DNA of 64,000 bases from Eledone cirrhosa. Lineage: Eukaryota. This document shows, in pieces, positions 55,317 through 64,000 of the stretch. Numbering within the stretch: position 1 is the stretch's first letter; each line of letters opens with the position of its first letter. The position numbers and the translations under genes are program-made. The notes under the pieces were generated by a model, which worked only from the letters and a program-made list of their open reading frames with translations, was not told the origin of the DNA and ran no database searches. The stretch lies in contig OZ024740.1 of the NCBI GenBank assembly GCA_964016885.1, forward strand, positions 219,170,001 through 219,234,000. Direction: 5' to 3'.

Positions 55317-57677
55317 AAGGTAGATGAAGCAGTCAAGGCCAAGAGACAGGCATGGAAAGAATGGAAGAACGGGGGGAGCAGGGTACATTACATAGAGACC
55401 AAGAGGGAAGCTAGGCGACAAGTATACTTAGCTAGGAGGGAAGCAGAGGATAGAAAATTCAAGCATGTTTTACAACGTGAGGACCAGAAACAGGAGGTAT
55501 TCAAGATTGCGAGGCAGTGTGTCAGAGATAGTTGTGATGTCATTGGAGAGAAGTGTATCCGGAATGATAAAGGTGAGCTTGCCCTCACAAGTGCTGAGAA
55601 GAAAGATGCATGGAAGAGTCATTATGATAGATTACTAAATGAGGAGAATGCATGGGAAGAAGAGACCCTACCCCACGTAGACCCTATAGAGGGACCAGCA
55701 GTACAAGTCAGCGGCAGCGTAGTAAGTAAGGCAATCAGAGATATGAAGATAGGGAAGGCAACCGGTCCATCGGGTATAGCTGCCGAGATGCTGAAGGCAT
55801 CTGGGTCTGTAGGTCACACTATAACCACACGTATCGTTAACCAGGTAATACTAGAGGGGGCCATACCAAAAGATTGGTGCAGTAGCATCATTGTCAACTG
55901 CTACAAAGGTAAAGGCGATGCACTAGATAGAGGAAACTATAGAGGTATAAAGTTGATGGACCAGGTCATGAAAGTAACAGAAAGAGTTATAGCACAGCTG
56001 ATTAGGGACCGGGTGAATATAGACGAGATGCAATTTGGGTTTGTTCCAGGGAAAGGCACCACTGATGCGCTCTTCCTTGTGAGGCAATTACAGGAAAAGT
56101 ACCTAGCTAAAAGTAAGCCACTCTACTTGGCATTTGTCGACCTTGAGAAAGCCTTTGACAGAGTTCCACGTGCAGTAATCTGGTGGGCTCTTAGAAAACT
56201 AGGAGTAGATGAATGGCTTGTGAAAGCGGTACAAGCCATGTATAGGGGAGCAGTCAGCAAAGTTAGGATTGGCAATGAGTATAGCGAGGAATTTAGCGTA
56301 CAGGTTGGGGTCCACCAGGGCTCTGTTCTTAGCCCTCTCCTGTTCATCATAGTCCTGCAGGCAATAACGGAGGAGTTTAAGACCGGATGCCCATGGGAAC
56401 TCCTGTATGCTGATGACCTCGCACTCATAGCTGAATCTATGGTAGAACTAGAGAATAAATTCCAAACCTGGAAGCAGGGACTAGAGAGAAAGGGCCTCAA
56501 AGTCAACATGACAAAGACTAAGGTCCTTATAAGTAGACGAGAAAACAGAACCCAGATCCCCTCAGGGAAATGGCCTTGCTCAGTATGTAGGAAAGGTGTA
56601 GGTAGGAACTCCATTCTTTGCCCCAAATGCAAACAATGGGTACACAAGAGATGTAGCGGGATCTCAGGAAGCTTAATTAAGAATGTAGGATTCACATGCA
56701 GCAGCTGTGCTGAAACAGCAAGCAAACAGCCACAGGAAACAAGTACCACCAATCTCTGGGAGGGCCCTGTAGAAACAGTAGACAGCTTCTGCTACCTAGG
56801 TGACCGAATTAGCAACGGAGGTGGGTGCTCAGAAAGTACAATAACTAGGGTAAGAACGGGATGGAAGAAGTTTAGGGAACTACTACCACTGCTAGCTGCA
56901 AAAGGCTTCTACCTCAGAATGAAAGGCAGACTGTATGATGCGTGTATCCGAACAGCGATGTTGCATGGTAGTGAGACCTGGGCGCTGAAGGTGGAAGACT
57001 TACGTAGATTAGAGAGAAACGAAGCCTGCATGCTCCGATGGATGTGTAACAGTAATATACGTGAACGACAAAGCATAAATGAATTGAGAGAGAGACTGAG
57101 CATAAGAGGAATCAAATGCTGCGTGCAGGAGAGGCGGTTACGCTGGTATGGACATGTGATGCGTATGAAGGATGACAGCTGCATAAAAAGGTGCAGAGCA
57201 CTAGAAGTTGATGGAAACCGCGGAGTGGGGAGACCCAAGATGACTTGGGATGAGGTGATAAAAGCCGACCTTACCCAACTACACCTCTCAAAGTCAATGA
57301 CACACGACCGTGACTTCTGGCGTCACGCAGTAATACAGGGTACCCGACCTCCCATGGGTACATGCTGAAGCATATAAACAATATGCCCCCCCCCCCCCCC
57401 CACCGCAAGGTGGTCGCGGAGGTGCCACGGCAAAAAAGCACCCAGCCCACACTGTAAAGTGGACGTGTAGGCGCCACGAAAAAGCACCCAGCACTCACTG
57501 TAAATGAGGTTGGTGTTAGGAAGGGCATCCAGCTGTAGAAATCAAGCCAGATCAGTTCCTGTATGAGCAAGGCATGGTCAGCCGACCAGACACTGCCCAC
57601 AACAGGACAACCCGTCTAACCCATGCTAGCGTGGAAGAACGGACGTAAAACGGTGATGATGATGATGATGATGATGA
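55317..57677 (+). mobile_element. 5'-truncated RTE LINE with uninterrupted RT ORF (55254-57368; start codon borrowed from the MITE)
   Basis: 704-aa ORF with RT motifs (YADD) and a Cys-rich insertion; (GAT)n tail. Confidence 0.95.
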
Positions 57678-59138
57678 TATATATATATATATATATATAT
57701 ATAATAGAATAATCGAGTATCGGAAAATCAGCTCACGGATTAACGATAAACAAATCCGACATGAGTGGCAGAGGGCTCAATAATTCAGATAAATCAGAGC
57801 TATAACTATCGTTAAAATACCAACACACAAAGATTATGCCTAAAATCACCCATGCAGCCGTAAAAGAACGACCAGGAAGATTCGGGTCACTCAAATAAAA
57901 TATCAATAAATCAATAATTTATATGAATGTAAAAAACTTACCCGGACCCACTAGAAAGGTGGTAAATCTAGCTTCTTGGGTTTCTGCAATTCCTTAATCC
58001 GTTCTCTATCAGCCCACATAAAAATATATAAGACTTCTAGCGAACGAATGGACCGGAAAAACTTTATCAACGGGTTACATCCAACAAATAAAGAAGTTAC
58101 CTTTAGCTAGAACGCACATGGAGTCCAGCAAGGGAGATAACCTCTATATTCTCGAAAAATTATCGGTAATGTGGAAAACACATATCGAATCAGAGTGCTT
58201 GATAGACATGTTAAAATAAACAGGAGCTATTCATCATTCAATAGAATCGACAAAAAAATGAACAATAAAATTAACTGGTCAATAGCTATGTCTAGAGCTA
58301 AATATAATAGAATAATCGAGTATCGGAAAATCAGCTCACGAATTAACGATAAACAAATCCGACATGAGTGGCAGAGGGCTCAATAATTCAGATAAATCAG
58401 AGCTATAACTATCGTTAAAATACCAACACACAAAGATTATGCCTATGGGGCGCTTACCAGCATAACTCTGATTTTTGCGGTTCGTTTCGCTTTTTATACC
58501 CACCAAAATGCGATTCTCGCTGAATTTATATTTGTATTAATCTCCCGAGTTTTACAATTAATCTGTTAATAATTCTATTGACAGATTAATTGCATAAGTT
58601 TATTTTTAAAACTAACCGGTTGAGTGCTTATTCGATTTGTGCTATTTATGCAATTTTTTGCATGATATACACATACTGAATACATTTACACAAATCTGGA
58701 GTTTTGCTTTTACAAAGCTCTACATCATTCACAAACTTGGTACAGAGAAAAATACCTGTTGATAATGTGATATTCATTGTTCGATCATTATACCAAAAGC
58801 TTATAGTTTTAAGCAGACAGTATTATTGATTTAGGTGTCATAGAAACCCTGCATTTGGATTTTACCATCAATTCCAATGGGTCCAGGTCTGTTTTTATCA
58901 TTTATTTTGTTTGACCTGTTTAGCTTGATTTACTTTTTGGCTTAGATGGTTAATGCCTTCTTGACCACTTTTTCAGTTTGTATGTAGTTTTAACATATTG
59001 TTTAGCTCTGGTTTTTAACTATGGAGCGCTTACCAGCATAACTCTGATTTTTGTGGTTCGTTTCGCTTTTTCTACCCGACGAAATGCGCTTCTCGCTGAA
59101 TTTATATGGTCATAAAATGAAATGATGAAAATGAAATG

Positions 59139-59173
<35 letters not shown>

Positions 59174-60089
59174 CCTATATATAAAGAGAGCGCAAGGGGG
59201 GGGGGGGGTATTAACACTTTTGTTACCATATTTCTTATGAAATATACTGTTTAATTTTGAAAATGGCCAAACATTTGGAGGAATTTAATAAAATAACTTA
59301 TTGTTTAATGAAAAGGCTCATGTTTAGAACATTACATAAGAGAAATTACTAGAATAAAAAAGAAATATGATGAAAAGATTTTATATAATAAAAATATTTT
59401 TAAATGAGCAGTTTTTATGTATGTATATATATATATATATATACAAGTTTAAAAGATATATATAGAGAGAGAGAGAGTAGAGAAAGAGGCATATATCTTT
59501 TGAAAAAACATAGCATTTTGTACAGATATATAGAACAAACAATATGTAGGAAAATATACATACTTTAAGTTTGAAATAATTTTATCAATAAAATTATTTC
59601 CACCTTAACGTTTGCATATTTTCCAGCATATTGTTTGCTCTATATATGTGTACTAAATGTTATGTATTTCTCAAAAGATATATGCCTCTTTCTCCTCTCT
59701 CTATATATATGTCTTTTAAACTTGTTTAATTGATGCTTTGAACTGAGCTTTTTTATTGAGAAACAGGATTGTTACATATTTAATATGTATCGATACCTTA
59801 ACAAGATATATGTATGTGTGTGAATATTTATATATGAGATGACGAGGCAGTGTAGCGGCACGCTACTTTGTTTGTCTCTGGTTCAAAATCATAAATGCAC
59901 AATTTTTTCTTCTTTGATTTTTTCTTTGCTTTCTTTGCTTGTTTACCATCATTCTGTTTGTTTACCTCTATTACGCAATTTACACCTGAAGATGTCACCA
60001 CTGAAATGTGCATTGCGTTTGCATAAATAAATAATTAAGGAAATTCAACATATTTGGCCTCATTTCACTTTATAAAATATATATATATG

Positions 60090-60207
<118 letters not shown>

Positions 60208-60224
60208 TATATATATATATTTTT

Positions 60225-63200
60225 ATTTAAACCTTAACCTCTGCTCCCTCCTATTCTTCACCCCCCTCTATATCATGCTGGTTCGCCCTCAATCCCTTCC
60301 TCTATCTCCAAATATAAAATAAATCCTTTGCAAGTACGAAACTCAGAAACCGCCAAACCCTATTCAGGCTAGGCTGCTCGCACGGTGAAATGTAATGTAC
60401 TAAATGCTATCGATTCATCTAACTGTATCATTTCGCCCAAAATCCAATCATTGCTTTTTCTATTCGATAATTCTATCGTATTTTTCAAAACAAATCTTGT
60501 ATTTTTTATGCTTGTTAAATTATGCCCAAAATATGAGGATCTTATTTAAACCTTAACCTTCTCGCTAACTACCTCATATCCCTCCCACCTGCCACCACGC
60601 ACCACCATAATTACGTGGGCCAATCATAAGTTAGTGGCCTATGCTATCACTGAAGACCTGGTTGCCTTTCAATATGATGGATGGACTACGGAATTCTGGA
60701 GAGTTTGAAAAGAAAATATCTGGACACTTAGTGACAATGCCAAAGATAAAGACAAATTCACCTCATGGACGAGAATGCAAGGACTCCTCCTCTTTGTTTC
60801 GGCCACGGATGGCTAACATAACCCCATCTCCCCCCTCCCCTGCGCCCCATCGTTCCCACCCTCCAAACGCAATCCAAAACTTCAGAGTTGGTACCATGAA
60901 TGTAGGCACCTTAAAAGGTCGCTCTAACAAGGTCGTAGAAATGCTTGAACGTAAGGAGGTCGATGTTTGCTGTATTCAAGAGACCAGGTGGAGGAGTGGG
61001 TCTGCTAGATTCATTGTGGGTAAAGAACGATGCTATAAGCTTTTCTGGGTGGAAAATGACAATGGGCTGGGTGGAGTAGGAATCATGGTAGCAGAAAAGT
61101 GGGCAGATAAGATAATAGACGTAGATAGAGTGAATGACAGAATAATTAAAATAAGACTTGTCCTCAATAGAACTACTCTGACAATAATATCTGCATATGC
61201 AGCACAATCTGGATTGCCTGGCGTTATAAAAGACGGATTCTATGAGACGTTAATGCTCACTACCTCCCAAATAACCGACAGTGACTACATAGTTATCGCT
61301 GGTGACCTAAATAGTCATGTTGGACAACATTGTTACGGCTATGACGGAATCCATGGAGGCTATGGGTTTGGTACTAGAAATGAGGAAGGCTCCAGAATCC
61401 TGGAATTTTGTGACGCAAATAACCTAATTATCTGTAACACTAACTTCAAAAAACAAGACAATCACTTGATCACCTATAGATCAGGGGAACACACCAGCCA
61501 GGTAGATTATATCCTTACCAGAAGACGTGACAGAGTGTCTGTTGTAAACACTAAGTCCCTCCCCCATGAAGAATTCACCTCCCAACATAGACTGATAATT
61601 AGCGACCTCATAGTCAGGACGAGACGTACTAGACAGCGGAAGAGGACTATCCTCAGGAGAAAAATATGGAAGTTAAAGGACCCCACAGCCAGTAATAAAT
61701 TTAAAATAATATTACTTGATGCTTTTGATAGTAAGGAAGAGCAATTAGAGTCGTACAATATAGAGGAACAGTGGGAATTCCTGAAAGCTAACCTGCTGAA
61801 GGCGACAGATGAAACCTGTGGCTGGAGCAGACCTATAGGCAGGAGGAGAGTAACTTAGTGGTGGAGGTGTCAATCAAGGCCAAAAAGCAAGCTTAGAAAG
61901 CATGGCGGGATGAGGGAAGTAGAGAAGACTATCAAGTGGCCAGGAGGGAAGCTAGGAGACAAGTGTACTTCGCAAGAAGGGAAGCAGAGGAAAAAAGTTC
62001 AAGCATGTTCTACAACGCGAGGACCAAAAACGTGAGGTGTTCAGGATTGCTACGCAATGTGTCAAGGAAAACCATGATATTGTCGGGGAGAAGTGTGTCC
62101 TTAATGATGATGGTATACTTGCCATCACTGACGCTGATAAGAAGGTAGCTTGGAAGTGTCACTATGAAAGGCTACTAAATGAGGAGAATAATTGGGAGAA
62201 AGACAGTCTCCCCCACATCGATCCAATAGAGGGACCAGCAGTGCAAGTGGAAGGTAGTATAATAAGTAAGGCGATCAAAGACATGAAGACGGGCAAGGTG
62301 GCTGGGCCTTCGGAAATAGTTGCTGAAATGCTGAAAGCATCTGGAACGGTGGGACACACTATGGTCACCCGGATAGTAAACCAAGTCATACAGAATTGGG
62401 TCATTCTGAAGGACTGGCGCAGCAGCATCATCATTAACTGCTACAAGGGTAAAGGAGATGCCCTAGATAGGAGAAACTATAGAGGCATTAAATTAATTGA
62501 CCAGGTCATGAAGGTCACAGAAAAAATAATAGCGCAACTAATCAGAGAGCGAATCGATCTAGACGAAATGCAGTTCGAGTTTGTGTCAGGTAAAAGTACA
62601 ACAGACGCTCTTTTCATTGTACGACAACAACAGGAGAAGTACCTAGCTAAAAGTAAACCCCTATACTTAGCTTTTGTTGACTTGGAGAAAGCCTTTGACA
62701 GAGTACCCCGCTCGATTATCTGGTGGGCCCTTAGAAAACTAGGTGTTGATGAATGGCTTGTGAGAGCTATACAAGCCATGTATAAAGAAACAGTCAGCAA
62801 GGTTAGAATTAACAACGAATAAAGTGAAGAGTTTAGCGTAAAAGTTGGTGTTCATCAGGGCTCCGTCCTTAGCCCCCTACTATCTATTATTGCCCTTCAG
62901 GCTATAACAGAGGAGTTCAAGACTGGCTGCCCATGGGAACTTCTATACGCAGATGATCTAACGCTCATAGCTAAATCAATGGCTGAACTAGAGAAGAAAT
63001 TCAAAACATGGAAGCATGGCCTAGAATCAAAAGGCCTTAAAATTAACGTGTCTAAGACTAAAGTTCTAGTTAGTAGGAAGGAAAATAGGGCACTGGTCCC
63101 ATCTGGGAAATGGCCATGCTCAGTGTGTAGGAAAGGAGTAGGCAGAAACTCCATTTTATGTCCCAAATGCAGAGTATGGGTGTATAAAAGATGTAGTGGG

Positions 63201-64000
63201 ATCACAGGTAAGCTAACTAAGAATATAGATTTTATATGTGGCCGGTGCTCAGGTGCAATAAGTAGCAGCAAGTGCCCACAGAATACTAGCTCATTCCATT
63301 GCACTGATGGATCTATAGAAATAGTGGTCACCTTCCGTTATCTGGGTGACAAAATCAGCAGTGGTGGAGGGTGCTCTGAAAGTACAGTAGCTAGAGTCAG
63401 AACGGGATGGAAGAAGTTCAGAGAGCTTATACCACTATTGGCCGCTAAAGGGTTCTCTTTAAAAATGAAAGGCAGGCTGTATGATGCCTGCATACGAACA
63501 GTAATGTTACATGGCAGTGAGACTTGGGCATTGTGTGCAGAAGATATACGCAGACTGGAGAGAAACGAAGCTTGCATGCTCCGTTGGATGTGTAATAGTA
63601 ATATACATGAACGGCAAAGCATAAATGAACTAATGGAGAAATTAGGAATAAGAGGAATCAGATGTTGTTTACTCGAGAGAAGACTACATTGGTATGGTCA
63701 CGTGATGTGCATGAAAGACGACAGCTGTATAAAAAATTGCAGGGCGATAAAAATAGACGGTAGCCACGGAGTAGGCAGACCCAGAAAAACCTGGGACGAC
63801 TTGATAAATTCCGACCTCACACACTTACACCTCTCCAAGACAATGTCACTGGACTGAGATCTTTGGCGCTACACAGTTATACAGAAGACCCGCCTTGCCT
63901 AAGTACAAAGCGAAACCTACAGTCAGTAGGCATCTCTAACAAAAATACACCCCCGCCCCATCCACACCGCCCCTTTCGATGTAAAGTTATGTTGGTACCA
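60225..64000 (+). mobile_element. Near full-length RTE LINE (AP endonuclease + RT), disrupted, running off the window end
   Basis: GTMNVGTL, CIQETRW, IAGDLN and SQVDYIL motifs, then RT motifs split by stops and frameshifts. Confidence 0.93.

Noticed and set aside
60610-60825. Possible HDV-like ribozyme near the RTE 5' end ('cggatggctaa')
   Set aside because: Could not assemble P1, P2, P3 and P4 pairings by eye; needs a motif search

Overview
AT-rich eukaryotic repeat DNA with no recognisable host protein-coding gene. The RTE/Penelope/SINE repertoire and dense (AT)n, (CA)n and (GAT)n tracts suggest a cephalopod (Octopus-like) genome; this is inference. Contents: a near full-length Penelope-like element with an inverted 5' pLTR, a second 5'-truncated Penelope family, several RTE LINEs, a CRE-like (RLE) fragment, a CR1-like 3' end, two tRNA-derived SINE families, Tc1/mariner-type MITEs, a ~9 kb 29-bp satellite with a ~2.7 kb higher-order duplication, and a ~5 kb tandem segmental duplication. 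The main finding is at least eight distinct families of type-I hammerhead ribozyme (HHR) motifs, read by eye. Most lie in short non-coding elements inserted in (AT)n tracts with direct and/or inverted arms (retrozyme or non-autonomous Penelope architecture). Three families show compensatory base changes between copies. A TSD-flanked retroposed pre-tRNA-Asn/SINE-tail chimera is also present. Coordinates were counted manually and are approximate at element edges.
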